A stretch of DNA of 64,000 bases from Candidatus Saccharimonadia bacterium (GTDB taxonomy: Bacteria; Patescibacteriota; Saccharimonadia; UBA4664). The notes beneath the pieces were generated by a model. The model made no database searches, was not told where the DNA came from, and saw only the letters and a list, made by a program, of their open reading frames with translations. Each line of letters begins with the position of its first letter. Within the stretch, counting starts at the first letter, position 1. The position numbers and the translations under genes were made by a program. The stretch is from positions 3,602 to 67,601 of the forward strand of contig JBGTMQ010000004.1 in the NCBI GenBank assembly GCA_041743505.1. Reading direction: 5' to 3'. Shown piece after piece: positions 47,548 to 57,750 of this stretch.

Positions 47548-49210
47548 ATCGAATATCTAATACCACCAGCTGCAAAGCTGTGTTTCCCCGGAATTCATTC
47601 TTGTTCACCCGGCCAAGCACCGTTACTATCTGTCCTTCTTTTAATTCTCCATGCGTCTCAGCCAATCCAAAGCCCACTGCCTGTACCGTACTGCCCGAGC
47701 CATCTCCAAAACTCAGCCGCAAATGCCGCCCGTCCTGACCCATCGCCGACACCCGCGACACCACCAGCGCCGGCAGCTCCAGAATTGGTTGCGGATTAGC
47801 CGCCCCATAAGGTTCCAACAACTGAAGATTGTCATACAGCTCCCAGCTTACCTGAGCAAGCTCATCAAACGTCACATCGGCTTCTAGTGCTAATGCCATA
47901 GCAGTCGCCTTGGTCTCTGCATGATAGGCACCCAAGCCGGCCCGTAACGGCACCAGACTAGCAGTTGGCAATGTATAGCCGGAGGCGTAAAAGTGTCCGC
48001 CAAACTTCGTCAACAAGCTAGCCTGAGACCGCAACGCCTCCACCATATTAAACGTACCCGTACTACGCGCCGAACCTTTAGTAACTTCGCCCATAATCTG
48101 AGCTACCAATACTGGTTTATGCCATTTCTCCACCAGCTTACTGGCCACAATCCCCACAATGCCATGCGACCAGTCCGAATGTGCCAGCACCAGTACCGGA
48201 TCATCCACCTGCTGCTCAGCCATGGCATCAGCCGCCTTAAACACCGCGTCCTGGTCAGCCCGGCGCTGTCGGTTAAGAACATCCAGTTCCTCAGCAATTG
48301 CCATAGCCCGCACCGAATCGTCGGTCATCATCAGCTCCAACGACCGGGCAGCGTGCTCAAGCCGCCCGGCCGCGTTCATCCGCGGGCCCAGCACATAGCC
48401 CAAATGATAGGCCGAAATCTGAGAAATATCCACCCCGCCCACATTGGCTAACGCCCGCAAGCCAACCCGCCGGGTTTTGCGCATTACTTTGAGCCCATAC
48501 GAGGCCAGCACCCGGTTCTCACCTACCAAATCAACGACATCACAAACCGTACCTAGCGCCACCAGATCAAGCAACCACTTCTCCCGGCCTGGCTCCGGTT
48601 TACCAGTCCGCACGCTTAAAGCCTGCGCCAACTTAAACACCACACCTGCCCCACACAAGTCCTTAAATGGGTACTCGTCCCCCAGACGCTTAGGGTTAAT
48701 AACCGCTATGGCCTCCGGCAATATCTCCGGCACAGCATGATGATCGGTAATAATCAAATCCAATCCGTTCACCCGCGCCCAATCCGCCTCAACCACGCTG
48801 GTGATGCCACAATCCACACTAATTACCAAGCTTACACCTTCCCCCTGCAAGCGCTCCAAAGCCGGTTGGCTAATACCATACCCCTCTTCAAACCGATCCG
48901 GAATATAGCTGCGCGCCTCAATCCCAACCGCCCGTAACGTCTCAATCATAATCGCGCTTGCGGTGATGCCATCAATATCATAATCGCCATACACGGCTAC
49001 CTGCTCACCCGCATCAGCCGCCACAATAATCCGCTCGACCGCCCAAGGCATATCAGTCATCAAATACGGATCATGCAGATGCAAGTCATAATTTGGGTAC
49101 AAAAAATCAGCCATAGCCTCGGCCGCTACACCGCGCCTTGCCAATATCTGCGCCACAATCTCAGGCACAGCTTGCTCTGTAGTTTCACCAGCTGCCTGCG
49201 TCATGGCCAT
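47540..49210 (-). CDS. recJ: single-stranded-DNA-specific exonuclease RecJ
   Basis: 556 aa. DHH and DHHA1 motifs (GDYDIDGITAS, DHH). Confidence 0.85.
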   Translation of the reverse strand: MAMTQAAGETTEQAVPEIVAQILARRGVAAEAMADFLYPNYDLHLHDPYLMTDMPWAVERIIVAADAGEQVAVYGDYDIDGITASAIMIETLRAVGIEARSYIPDRFEEGYGISQPALERLQGEGVSLVISVDCGITSVVEADWARVNGLDLIITDHHAVPEILPEAIAVINPKRLGDEYPFKDLCGAGVVFKLAQALSVRTGKPEPGREKWLLDLVALGTVCDVVDLVGENRVLASYGLKVMRKTRRVGLRALANVGGVDISQISAYHLGYVLGPRMNAAGRLEHAARSLELMMTDDSVRAMAIAEELDVLNRQRRADQDAVFKAADAMAEQQVDDPVLVLAHSDWSHGIVGIVASKLVEKWHKPVLVAQIMGEVTKGSARSTGTFNMVEALRSQASLLTKFGGHFYASGYTLPTASLVPLRAGLGAYHAETKATAMALALEADVTFDELAQVSWELYDNLQLLEPYGAANPQPILELPALVVSRVSAMGQDGRHLRLSFGDGSGSTVQAVGFGLAETHGELKEGQIVTVLGRVNKNEFRGNTALQLVVLDIRYE

Positions 49211-49393
49211 AAGTATACCTTATGTAGGCCACTGAACGTGAGGTACGAACCTAAAATTTACGGGCTAAGAAATAGTAATTTGGATCACTGCGCGGCACAA
49301 AACCTAGCGGTAATTCCGGCGTACGGCCAACCGGCCGTCGGCGATATGCAGCCGGTTGCCGGCGGCCTTTGAGCAAAGAGTCAATCAGGCGCT

Positions 49394-49690
49394 TCATACA
49401 GACGCCCCGTTCCCGCTCCGGCCGCGCCGCGCCTGGCTCTTCAGTACTAATCCCTGCAACTCACGGTACAGCGCAAACTTCGGGTTTGCAGCATACACCT
49501 TGGAGTTGCCCTCCATTTGAACTTTCACAAAACCGACCTCGCTGAGCCGCTTAAGCTCACGCTGCACGTTACCGGGGTCCTCTTTTATGGTCTTGGCCAG
49601 ACCACGGACATGCATGCGAAAGTCGGGATACTTAGTATATATTACAATGATTTTACGTCTGGTTTTAGACGTTATAAATAACTCTAGCAT
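49394..49690 (-). CDS. winged-helix transcriptional regulator (ArsR-like)
   Basis: 98 aa. ..VRGLAKTIKEDPGNVQRELKRLSEVGFV.. Confidence 0.55.
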   Translation of the reverse strand: MLELFITSKTRRKIIVIYTKYPDFRMHVRGLAKTIKEDPGNVQRELKRLSEVGFVKVQMEGNSKVYAANPKFALYRELQGLVLKSQARRGRSGNGASV

Positions 49691-50056
49691 GTGTTTTTGT
49701 TTAACTATTTAGTGTTGTTAAATTGACTGTACTCTTAGCGTAAGAAGAATGCAAGTCTTTTTTACAACACGGCTCCCGATCAGCATATGGCTCCCCAAGA
49801 CCGCGTATGCCCTCAAGCCGACGTAATCGGCCACTATCATTCACCTCCCTAGTACATCGAGTGCACTGGATGCACTATTCCAGGCTAGTTTATGGCTTGG
49901 CATAAGCCCAAAATCATCCTATTCTTTCAGCCACTGCACTCAATGCATACCCCGGGCACTAAAAAAGCTTAAGCCCGTCAATAAACTTGACTTAAATCCA
50001 AGAAAACATTAAAAATAATGCATTCGACCTAGTCGCGCACATTCCAAGGAGCCGTC

Positions 50057-50527
50057 ATGCCTGATGGATATTTCGCCGTCGCTGGACATGTAGACAACTT
50101 CGTCAGCCACTCGAGGATGCTACGAATGGAAGTACTTCCCTCAGCCTTAGCCGAACCACTAATCCGAATGGTCAATGACATTCTGGGAGTGGTACGTTAT
50201 ACCAACAAGCATGCCGTCATCCGCCTGCCCGCTCAACCTTTGCACTATGCCAGCTGGAATATTCCAGACCTCGAATTCATGGTCAAGCCAGGGACAAACG
50301 TCGACGCGGGGCAACTCCGGGACCGGCTCCTTGAGTGGTTCAAGGCCTGGTTTGAAAAAGAAGAGCATTACTCAACAAAGCATCACGGGGAAAGCATCAC
50401 CAAGTCAGACCCTACCAGGCTCTTTACCATCCTCGACATCATTGTCGACGCCGACAGAGTTTGTGGCCTTAGCTACAACCTTCGCACCGGCCAAATCGAA
50501 GAGCAATGGGACGACGACAAAGAGTAG
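50057..50527 (+). CDS. hypothetical protein
   Basis: 156 aa. Preceded by a 366-bp AT-rich intergenic region. AAGGAG Shine-Dalgarno. Confidence 0.5.
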   Translation: MPDGYFAVAGHVDNFVSHSRMLRMEVLPSALAEPLIRMVNDILGVVRYTNKHAVIRLPAQPLHYASWNIPDLEFMVKPGTNVDAGQLRDRLLEWFKAWFEKEEHYSTKHHGESITKSDPTRLFTILDIIVDADRVCGLSYNLRTGQIEEQWDDDKE

Positions 50528-50539
50528 TCCTTCAATCCT

Positions 50540-50573
50540 GACCGGGCGTACCATTGCCCGGTCTTATACTTTT
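50540..50573. terminator. bidirectional intrinsic terminator
   Basis: GACCGGGC gtaccatt GCCCGGTC followed by TTATACTTTT, between convergent genes. Confidence 0.65.
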
Positions 50574-50575
50574 AC

Positions 50576-51496
50576 CTAAACCCGCTTAGGCTTAGTCCTG
50601 GCCTTCTCCAAGCGATTCAATTTGTAATTATGCCAGCTCACCAACAGCGGCGAAGCGGTAAAGATCGACGAGTACGTACCTGAAGCCACACCAATCAACA
50701 ATGCCAAGACAAACGTCCGAATGCTCTGCCCACCGAACAGGAACAAAGCCAACAAAGTTAACAGAACCGTCAGCGACGTGTTAACAGACCGGGCCACCGT
50801 CTCCAAAATACTAGTGTTAACAATCTGCTCAAATGTCCCTTTCTCACGGCGCAAGTTCTCACGGATACGGTCAAATACCACAATCGTGTCGTGCACCGAG
50901 AAACCAATCACCGTCAAAATAGCTGTCACGAACAGCGCATCAATCTCGACTTCAAAGAAGTGCCCCAACAGCGAGAACAAACCCAATAGGAACAATGCGT
51001 CATGCAGCAGCGCCACAATGGCCATGACACCGAAGCTCCATGGCGACACCGGCGGCGGCGCGTTACGGAAGGCGTAGGCAATGTACAACACGATTGCCAG
51101 CGACACCAAAATCAAACTGATAATCGCGTTCCGGGCAATATCCTTAGATACAGTCGGCCCAACCGAGTCAAAACTCAGCTCCTCAATGTCAGCCTTAGCC
51201 AAGTTAGACTTAAACTTCTGGTGGTTCGCCTCATGCTGGGCAGCCGGCGCCGGATCACGGAAGCGAATCTGGGTCTGACCGGATCCACTCGGCACAACCT
51301 GAACGTCCTTGAAACCAAGTCCTTCCGCGGCCGCTTCCACCCTGGCAACTGACGCATCACCACGAACCACGCTGAGCTGGCCGGAGTTAAAATCAATGCC
51401 CAGATTAAGCCCCCACAGGAACAGGGAGATCGTACCTGGCACAATCATGATCAGAGAGATAGCATACCAAATTTTGCGCTTACCAATGATATTCAC
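50576..51496 (-). CDS. secF: protein translocase subunit SecF
   Basis: 306 aa polytopic. SecF family. Confidence 0.9.
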   Translation of the reverse strand: MNIIGKRKIWYAISLIMIVPGTISLFLWGLNLGIDFNSGQLSVVRGDASVARVEAAAEGLGFKDVQVVPSGSGQTQIRFRDPAPAAQHEANHQKFKSNLAKADIEELSFDSVGPTVSKDIARNAIISLILVSLAIVLYIAYAFRNAPPPVSPWSFGVMAIVALLHDALFLLGLFSLLGHFFEVEIDALFVTAILTVIGFSVHDTIVVFDRIRENLRREKGTFEQIVNTSILETVARSVNTSLTVLLTLLALFLFGGQSIRTFVLALLIGVASGTYSSIFTASPLLVSWHNYKLNRLEKARTKPKRV

Positions 51497-52821
51497 GACT
51501 CGTTCTCCCCCGCCTTGAGGCCATACCAGCGCAGATTACGACCCCAAGATTGCCGGATAGTCAACCGCAACAGCGTCCGCGTCACCACCACAGCCGTAAA
51601 CATACTCACCAAGACACCCAGCGCCAACGTCACGGCAAAACCACGAATAATCGGCGTTGCGCCTGACGTGGCATACAGAATGGCGCAGGTAATGAGGGTA
51701 GACACATTACTGTCGCGGATACTAGTCCATGCCCGGTCAAAAGCTGCTTCCACTGCTGCCACGAAGCTCTTACCCGCCCGCAACTCTTCCTTCATGCGTT
51801 CAAAAATCAGAATATTAGCATCCACCGCCATACCAATACTCAAAATAAATCCGGCAATACCCGCTAGCGTCAACACGATAGTATAACCCGGCACAAAAGC
51901 ACTGAGCTTGTACAGCACCAAGGTAATCGTGGTGTACACGATCAGCGCCAGAACCGCCAGCACGCCAGCCAGCCGGTAGTGCAGCAACATAAACAGCGCT
52001 ACCACGCCCAGTCCAATTATACCGGCCAACAACGAGTGCTGCACGCTTTCCTTACCGAGACTTGGGCCGACTGACCGCTGCTCCACCAGAGTAACCGGCA
52101 CCGGCAACGCGCCGGCCGTAATTTCATCAGCGATTTTCTTGGCTTCCTTAATATCCAAATTACCACTCAAAATGGCCGTACCGTCGGTAATAGCCTCAGT
52201 ACGGGCCGGGCCAAAGGTCGGTTGGCCGTCAAGCAGAGTTAAGAGCAAGTTACCACTCTGGCTCATCGCAGTCGTCAAGTCGCCGAACTTTTTCGTGCTA
52301 TCACCACTCTTCAACTGAAGCCGGACGACAGGCTGTGACCGCTGTGGGTCATAATCAGCCGTCGCCGAGTCAACGTCCTTACCATCAACATTAAGAGGCC
52401 GCTGCTGGCCGGTCTGAGAGTTCACCTCCACAAATTGCAAGTTAGCCGTCTTGCCAATGCGATCAATAGCCTCGTTCACATCCTTGACTCCCGGCAGACT
52501 CACCGTCACCCGGTCGGACCCCTGCCGCTGAATCGTCACCTCGGACGTACCACCGAAGTTAGCCCGCTTGTTCATAACGACAATCAACGAATCGATTGAC
52601 TGCTGGCGCTCATTGGCCGGCACCTTAGACAGATCAGCCTGGAACACTAATTGGGCGCCGCCCTGCAAATCAAGACCCTGCTTAACCGAAAGGCTGGCCT
52701 TCTTCAGACCAAAGAATTGCAGAATCTGATCTTCGCGCGGTATCGCCAAAGCAGCGGTCACGATTGCCAGTAACAGGATTAATGCGAATTTAACGCGCAA
52801 ACTCATGATGGTACCAATCAT
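51493..52821 (-). CDS. secD: protein translocase subunit SecD
   Basis: 442 aa. 4-nt overlap with secF. Confidence 0.9.
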   Translation of the reverse strand: MIGTIMSLRVKFALILLLAIVTAALAIPREDQILQFFGLKKASLSVKQGLDLQGGAQLVFQADLSKVPANERQQSIDSLIVVMNKRANFGGTSEVTIQRQGSDRVTVSLPGVKDVNEAIDRIGKTANLQFVEVNSQTGQQRPLNVDGKDVDSATADYDPQRSQPVVRLQLKSGDSTKKFGDLTTAMSQSGNLLLTLLDGQPTFGPARTEAITDGTAILSGNLDIKEAKKIADEITAGALPVPVTLVEQRSVGPSLGKESVQHSLLAGIIGLGVVALFMLLHYRLAGVLAVLALIVYTTITLVLYKLSAFVPGYTIVLTLAGIAGFILSIGMAVDANILIFERMKEELRAGKSFVAAVEAAFDRAWTSIRDSNVSTLITCAILYATSGATPIIRGFAVTLALGVLVSMFTAVVVTRTLLRLTIRQSWGRNLRWYGLKAGENES

Positions 52822-52855
52822 AGCTGATATCAGATAGGTTCGTCAATTTTTGGCT

Positions 52856-52888
52856 ATGTCAAAAAGGGCCAACCCCAAAAGGTCGGCC
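52856..52888 (-). terminator. intrinsic terminator
   Basis: GGGCCAACC / GGTCGGCCC stem followed by UUUUUG on the minus strand. Confidence 0.5.
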
Positions 52889-52916
52889 CGTCGCAGCCAC
52901 CGTCACAAGCATGATT

Positions 52917-53465
52917 TTACGCCTGAACCGGCAAAAACTGATGCCCCTCCAGAACCACGAGTTCGTCCAATGGACTCGTATGAAACCTCACCGTCACCGG
53001 CCCCGAACGAAAGACCACAGTCGGATTAATAGACTTAATCGAATCGTCATCAAGCCAAACCCCCGCGTACTTTTGTGCGAAGTCGAAAAACCTGTCAAGC
53101 GGCACCACCATCTCAAGATGCTCCAAGCCGCTTGGATAATCAGGTTGGCGCTTCGGTGATGGCAGCTCTATCACCCAGATCTTATACGTCCCCACCCGGA
53201 GCGGCCGCCTCAGGCAGAAAATCGTAAAATCCCGGCCGTTATGTGAAGTTACGGTCAGCGTCTTGCTAAACGATCGTAAACTACACTGCATAACCTGGTA
53301 CTCATCGCTAGTCACAGTCCGGTAGCATAAATGATCAATCGGGCAGCCCCTGTAATCTTTCTCCTCAATTCCAGCTACTCTCATTGACTGAAGTGCTACC
53401 CTCACGAATTTCGTGTAATCACCGATAGCCTCTGCGATGTCCTGCAGCGCGGACAATCGAACCAC
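52917..53465 (-). CDS. YecM-like (VOC superfamily) protein
   Basis: 182 aa. IWVIELPSPKRQPDYPSGLEHLEMVVPLD matches the YecM signature. Paralog of 33695..34246. Confidence 0.5.
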   Translation of the reverse strand: MVRLSALQDIAEAIGDYTKFVRVALQSMRVAGIEEKDYRGCPIDHLCYRTVTSDEYQVMQCSLRSFSKTLTVTSHNGRDFTIFCLRRPLRVGTYKIWVIELPSPKRQPDYPSGLEHLEMVVPLDRFFDFAQKYAGVWLDDDSIKSINPTVVFRSGPVTVRFHTSPLDELVVLEGHQFLPVQA

Positions 53466-53534
53466 TCCTCTCTCGCATCAAGAAACCCCGGAGAACCATG
53501 GCTCGAACGCCACAGCCTCCGGGGTAATCATAAA

Positions 53535-54089
53535 TCACGTCTGCTTTGCCAGATCCCAGCGGCTGTCCTCGTCCAGAGTTCCAGCCAGGTACTTCATGCC
53601 AGGCTTGCGGGCCTTACTGGCAACGACAAACCGTTCAGCCGCACTCGCCCGAAACTCGATGTACTCATCCACCATGCGACAGAATACCCACCAGTCTTGC
53701 TCCTCGCTAAGACCGGATACACCTCCCGCATAGCCGCGATAGAAGCCGGCGCCCTCATAGGGAAAATCTCCCGGCTCAAGCAAATCCGGCCGGAGGCGTG
53801 CCTCAGAAGAGTTTAGTCTGGTCCGCAAGCAAAAATGCAACTTTCCCTGGACATTCGCCAGCAAACCCTCGGGACCACCAATCCGTTCCTCTGTCCCGTG
53901 CTGGAGGCATACAGCCATGTTCGCCAGTGGATCCTGCCAGTCATGCTGGAGCGTTGAATCAAGTATCGCGCCCGCGATCATACAGCCGTCGCCGTACTTA
54001 CGACGTAGCACCTCAAAGTAAAACGAAGCGCTAAACCATGCCTGCATCCGCGACTGCAAATTCATCCCAAAATACAAATCGTCAGCCAT
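53535..54089 (-). CDS. hypothetical protein
   Basis: 184-aa ORF. Confidence 0.4.
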   Translation of the reverse strand: MADDLYFGMNLQSRMQAWFSASFYFEVLRRKYGDGCMIAGAILDSTLQHDWQDPLANMAVCLQHGTEERIGGPEGLLANVQGKLHFCLRTRLNSSEARLRPDLLEPGDFPYEGAGFYRGYAGGVSGLSEEQDWWVFCRMVDEYIEFRASAAERFVVASKARKPGMKYLAGTLDEDSRWDLAKQT

Positions 54090-54191
54090 GTCGCCCTCCG
54101 CTCACGAAGAATCGGTACGCTTTCTTAAAATCATTTCAAGAAAACTAGGCCATGCTAACACGTCAACTGCCTACTCGCAACCAACTTGGAG

Positions 54192-54848
54192 CTATATCCA
54201 GCGTGCCACTACATTATCAATCCGGTCCGTCACGCTGGCCGGGTCAATCTTGTCTTCATCCGTATAATAATGCGACACGCTAAAGAAATTTTCCGGAATA
54301 TATAGGTAATACAGCTCGTCCATTTTGTGCTCTAGCCGCTCTATCACATCAGCCGGCCCCACAGGCACGGCCCCAATGACCTTCTCTGCGTATAAATGTT
54401 CCAAAAAATGCAGCGCCGCATCAAACGATATGCCGTTCTTCACGCCATCTGTGGCAATAATTACGTTACGGCCTTCCACCTGACTGGGATCAGCCAAACC
54501 ATGCTCACCCACAATAGTCGTCATTTCATACATATGGCGAAGTTTCTCTTCTTCAATATACGTCCGCATGTCCTCCATATACTCCTCCATCTCACCAGCT
54601 GAAATCATCGAGTTATAGGTAAAGAGGCCGGTCTGGTCCATAGTGCCAAGCACCAGTGATGAGTCGCCCGGAGCCGTAATGCGCGAGGTTAACAGTAACG
54701 CCAGGGTCGTATGCAGCCGCCTGGCTATTTGCTCCCCTACCGCCACGCCACCCGGAGATAATGCTAATACAACCGTATTCTCGTAACGGTACGACACAAG
54801 CTTATCTGCTAACAAATTCCCGGCCTCAGCCCGGTCATGAAAGTACAT
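54192..54848 (-). CDS. predicted phosphoribosyltransferase
   Basis: 218 aa. MYFHDRAEAGNLLADKL...VVLALSPGGVAVG and a PRTase motif VIIATDGV. Confidence 0.7.
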   Translation of the reverse strand: MYFHDRAEAGNLLADKLVSYRYENTVVLALSPGGVAVGEQIARRLHTTLALLLTSRITAPGDSSLVLGTMDQTGLFTYNSMISAGEMEEYMEDMRTYIEEEKLRHMYEMTTIVGEHGLADPSQVEGRNVIIATDGVKNGISFDAALHFLEHLYAEKVIGAVPVGPADVIERLEHKMDELYYLYIPENFFSVSHYYTDEDKIDPASVTDRIDNVVARWI

Positions 54849-54909
54849 ATGTTAAGCATAGCAGGTATGCACTCAGAGCGCGAAATTCCGGTCAACTCTA
54901 ACCGCTATA

Positions 54910-56871
54910 ATGATTAGCATGAGTGAGGCCCGCCACTATTACCTGGTGACACCGCTAGCCTATACCGGGGCCGCGGATGCTTTTACGTATCATTCCAGCA
55001 GCCCCGTACCCACCGGCTCAGTGGTCCAAATACCCCTCGGCCGCCGCAGCAGCCTGGGCGTGGTTACAACCGAGCTACCCAAACCGGATTTTACTACCAA
55101 AGCCATCACCGGGGTACTGGATCTACCACCCATACCAGACTACTTGCACCAGCTAGCCGAATGGATGAGCCAATACTACGCCGCAAGCCCCAGCTCCGTC
55201 TGGAGCGCATTCCTGCCGGCCGGCCTAACCAAACAACGCCGCCAACCAAAATCCACCGAGCAAGCCGTCAAGGCACAAGGACTTCCCACTTCCCCGCTAT
55301 CAGATCAGCAAGCCAAGACGCTGTCGGATATTCGGCAGTCATCAAAAACCGCCCATCTTATTCAGGGCGTAACCGGTTCTGGCAAAACCCGATTATATAT
55401 GGAGCTGGCTGCCGAAGCACTAAGCAAACGCCGTTCCGTCATCGTCCTCGTACCCGAAATCACCCTCACCCCCCAGGTCGTAGCTCAATTCGAAACTACG
55501 TTCGGCGGGCAGGTCCTCACCACCCACTCCAAGCTGACCGAAGCTCAACGCAACCAAATCTGGCGGCGCGCCGTCACTTCCCGTGAAGCCGGCCAAGCTT
55601 GTGTAGTGGTTGGTCCGCGCTCATGCCTGTTCCTGCCATTGCACAACCCCGGTCTCATCGTTGTCGACGAGTGCCATGAAACCAGTTACAAGCAAGACCA
55701 GCATCCGCGTTATCAGACGCTTACAGTCGCCGCCAAGCTCGGCCAGTTGACCGGCTCGCGGGTGGTCTTTGGGTCGGCTACCCCCGGGCTTGGCGAGCTA
55801 TTCTTGGCCCGGCAAGGCCGCATTGAACATCATTTGTTAACGCAAAGATTTAACCAAATAACCCATTCTCAAGCCGAAATTATTGACCTGCGCAACAAAG
55901 ATTTATTCAAGTTGAGCAAATTTATTACTCAGCCACTATACGAGGCTATCAGCCATTCGCTCACCGGCAAACGCCAGAGCCTGCTGTACATGAACCGCCG
56001 CGGCAGCGCCTCGAGCCAGGTCTGCGGTGATTGCGGTCATGTCACGATTTGCCCGCACTGCCAACTGCCACTCACCTTTCATGCCGACCTCATGCGGCTC
56101 GTTTGCCATCACTGCAACTACCGCATCGCCAATGCAGCCGTTTGCCCCAACTGCCGCGGCGCTAATCTCCGGCTGCTAGGCGGCGGCACCAAGCGCATTG
56201 AGGCCGAGGTCGAACGGCTATGGCCTCAGGCACGCATCGCCCGGCTCGACCGCGACAGCGCCACCCTGCCTCACATCAAAGCCGTCTACAAAGGCCTGCG
56301 CGATGGCTCCATCGACATCGTCATCGGTACCCAAATGATCGCCAAAGGCCTCGACCTGCCCGCCATCGACACCATTGGTGTCGTCAGCGCCGATACCATG
56401 CTGCACCTGCCGGATTATACCGCCGCCGAGCGGACCTACCAGCTCCTGGCGCAAGTTAGCGGCCGGGCCGGCCGCGGCGACCGGCCCGGCCGGGTGCTCA
56501 TCCAGACCTACACCCCCGACCATCCTGCTATTATCGCGGCCGCCACCGGCGACTACCTGGGGTTGGCCGAAACCGAGCTAGCCTCCCGCAAAGCACTACG
56601 ATACCCCCCGTACGTCTATCTGCTCAAGTTAACCATTGCCGGCAAAACCCGCGATGCAGCCATCCGCGAAGCCGAAGAGCTTGCCTCCCGCATCCGGCAA
56701 TCCGGCCTCGAAGTAGTCGGACCGGCCCCAGCCTTCATTGAAACCCAAAGCGGCACCTTCCGCTGGATATTAACGATTAAATCCAGCCGCCGGCCACCAT
56801 TAGTAACCATCGCTCACAACCTGCCTGGTAGTCATTGGATGGCCGACCTCGACCCGGCAAACTTACTTTAG
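54910..56871 (+). CDS. priA: primosomal protein N-prime (replication restart helicase PriA)
   Basis: 653 aa. Walker A GVTGSGKT, DEAD-like DECH box, Cys4 zinc-binding region. Confidence 0.9.
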   Translation: MISMSEARHYYLVTPLAYTGAADAFTYHSSSPVPTGSVVQIPLGRRSSLGVVTTELPKPDFTTKAITGVLDLPPIPDYLHQLAEWMSQYYAASPSSVWSAFLPAGLTKQRRQPKSTEQAVKAQGLPTSPLSDQQAKTLSDIRQSSKTAHLIQGVTGSGKTRLYMELAAEALSKRRSVIVLVPEITLTPQVVAQFETTFGGQVLTTHSKLTEAQRNQIWRRAVTSREAGQACVVVGPRSCLFLPLHNPGLIVVDECHETSYKQDQHPRYQTLTVAAKLGQLTGSRVVFGSATPGLGELFLARQGRIEHHLLTQRFNQITHSQAEIIDLRNKDLFKLSKFITQPLYEAISHSLTGKRQSLLYMNRRGSASSQVCGDCGHVTICPHCQLPLTFHADLMRLVCHHCNYRIANAAVCPNCRGANLRLLGGGTKRIEAEVERLWPQARIARLDRDSATLPHIKAVYKGLRDGSIDIVIGTQMIAKGLDLPAIDTIGVVSADTMLHLPDYTAAERTYQLLAQVSGRAGRGDRPGRVLIQTYTPDHPAIIAAATGDYLGLAETELASRKALRYPPYVYLLKLTIAGKTRDAAIREAEELASRIRQSGLEVVGPAPAFIETQSGTFRWILTIKSSRRPPLVTIAHNLPGSHWMADLDPANLL

Positions 56872-56962
56872 GTAAAGATTTCGCAAAATACTTGCATTTT
56901 GTAGTTATTTATGTCGTTATATAACAGACGTATCACCACGTAGACCTTAAGGGGTACAGCAC

Positions 56963-57283
56963 GTGACCATTAGCACTCTGCTCATCGTCATCGCCGCCCT
57001 GCTCGCCATTGCCGGTGGTATCGCCGTCGGCTACTTCAACCGCGAGCCGGTCGAAGCGGCTTTGGTGTCCGTCGGCGCGAGCGTACTTGGGGCCTTCGTC
57101 GCCATGCTGGTCGTTGCTATTTTGGAGGACCACCAGGTCCAACTCGATACTGGCCCCATCAAGCTTGGCGGATTTATGGCCATTACGGCTCTGACGCTGA
57201 GTACAATAGCAGCATTCGCATGGTTTGGGTTGCACTCGCAGCGCACTACCGTCAGCAAGCCACCCGCCATCCACCGCTACTAA
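56963..57283 (+). CDS. small 3-TM membrane protein, tandem family member 1
   Basis: 106 aa with a GTG start. AAGGGG Shine-Dalgarno. Confidence 0.55.
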   Translation: MTISTLLIVIAALLAIAGGIAVGYFNREPVEAALVSVGASVLGAFVAMLVVAILEDHQVQLDTGPIKLGGFMAITALTLSTIAAFAWFGLHSQRTTVSKPPAIHRY

Positions 57284-57297
57284 ACCCCACCCGCCCC

Positions 57298-57337
57298 GGT
57301 CTACCGAGACGCCATCTCGGTAGACCCATTTCGTTTT
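57298..57337 (+). terminator. intrinsic terminator
   Basis: GGTCTACCGAGA cgcca TCTCGGTAGACC, a 12-bp perfect stem, followed by CATTTCGTTTT. Confidence 0.75.
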
Positions 57338-57340
57338 ATA

Positions 57341-57369
57341 TTGCTTTTTGCACACATTTATGGTAATAT
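57341..57369 (+). promoter_or_regulatory. sigma70-like promoter TTGCTT-N17-TAATAT
   Basis: Lies between the terminator and the GGAG Shine-Dalgarno of the 57414 gene. Confidence 0.5.
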
Positions 57370-57413
57370 GATAGAGACGACTCTCGTAGTTCATTGCCGA
57401 CCAAGGAGCAGCT

Positions 57414-57719
57414 ATGCTTATCGTAAATGCGGTCTGCATCATCACCGCCCTGGTTATCTTGGCGACCAGCATCGGCATCGCAATCGGCCATCACACCCGA
57501 AACGACGAGCTGAGTAGCCCAATCGGCCTTATCAGCCTCGTCCTAATCAGCGGCATCTGCCTCAGCCTCTTGGCTCGAGAAGCCCTGATCGATTACCAGA
57601 TTCACCTCAACACTACAGCCGTAGTAATCGGCACGGTGCTGACAATCATAACGCTGGTCACCAGCTCGATGACGTCCTATGTCCAGCTCCATCGCTCACC
57701 GCACATCGTTGCTCACTGA
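57414..57719 (+). CDS. small 3-TM membrane protein, tandem family member 2
   Basis: 101 aa. Shares L(E/A)..Q(V/I)(Q/H)L(D/N)T and a C-terminal LH(S/R) with member 1. Confidence 0.55.
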   Translation: MLIVNAVCIITALVILATSIGIAIGHHTRNDELSSPIGLISLVLISGICLSLLAREALIDYQIHLNTTAVVIGTVLTIITLVTSSMTSYVQLHRSPHIVAH

Positions 57720-57750
57720 GACCATATCCGGACCCCCAGAAAGGCGTGTC

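Noticed and set aside
56933-57478. 181-aa minus-strand ORF
   Set aside because: It overlaps two plus-strand small membrane-protein genes. Those genes have Shine-Dalgarno sequences, a terminator and a promoter positioned consistently with plus-strand expression. The minus-strand product is compositionally odd.
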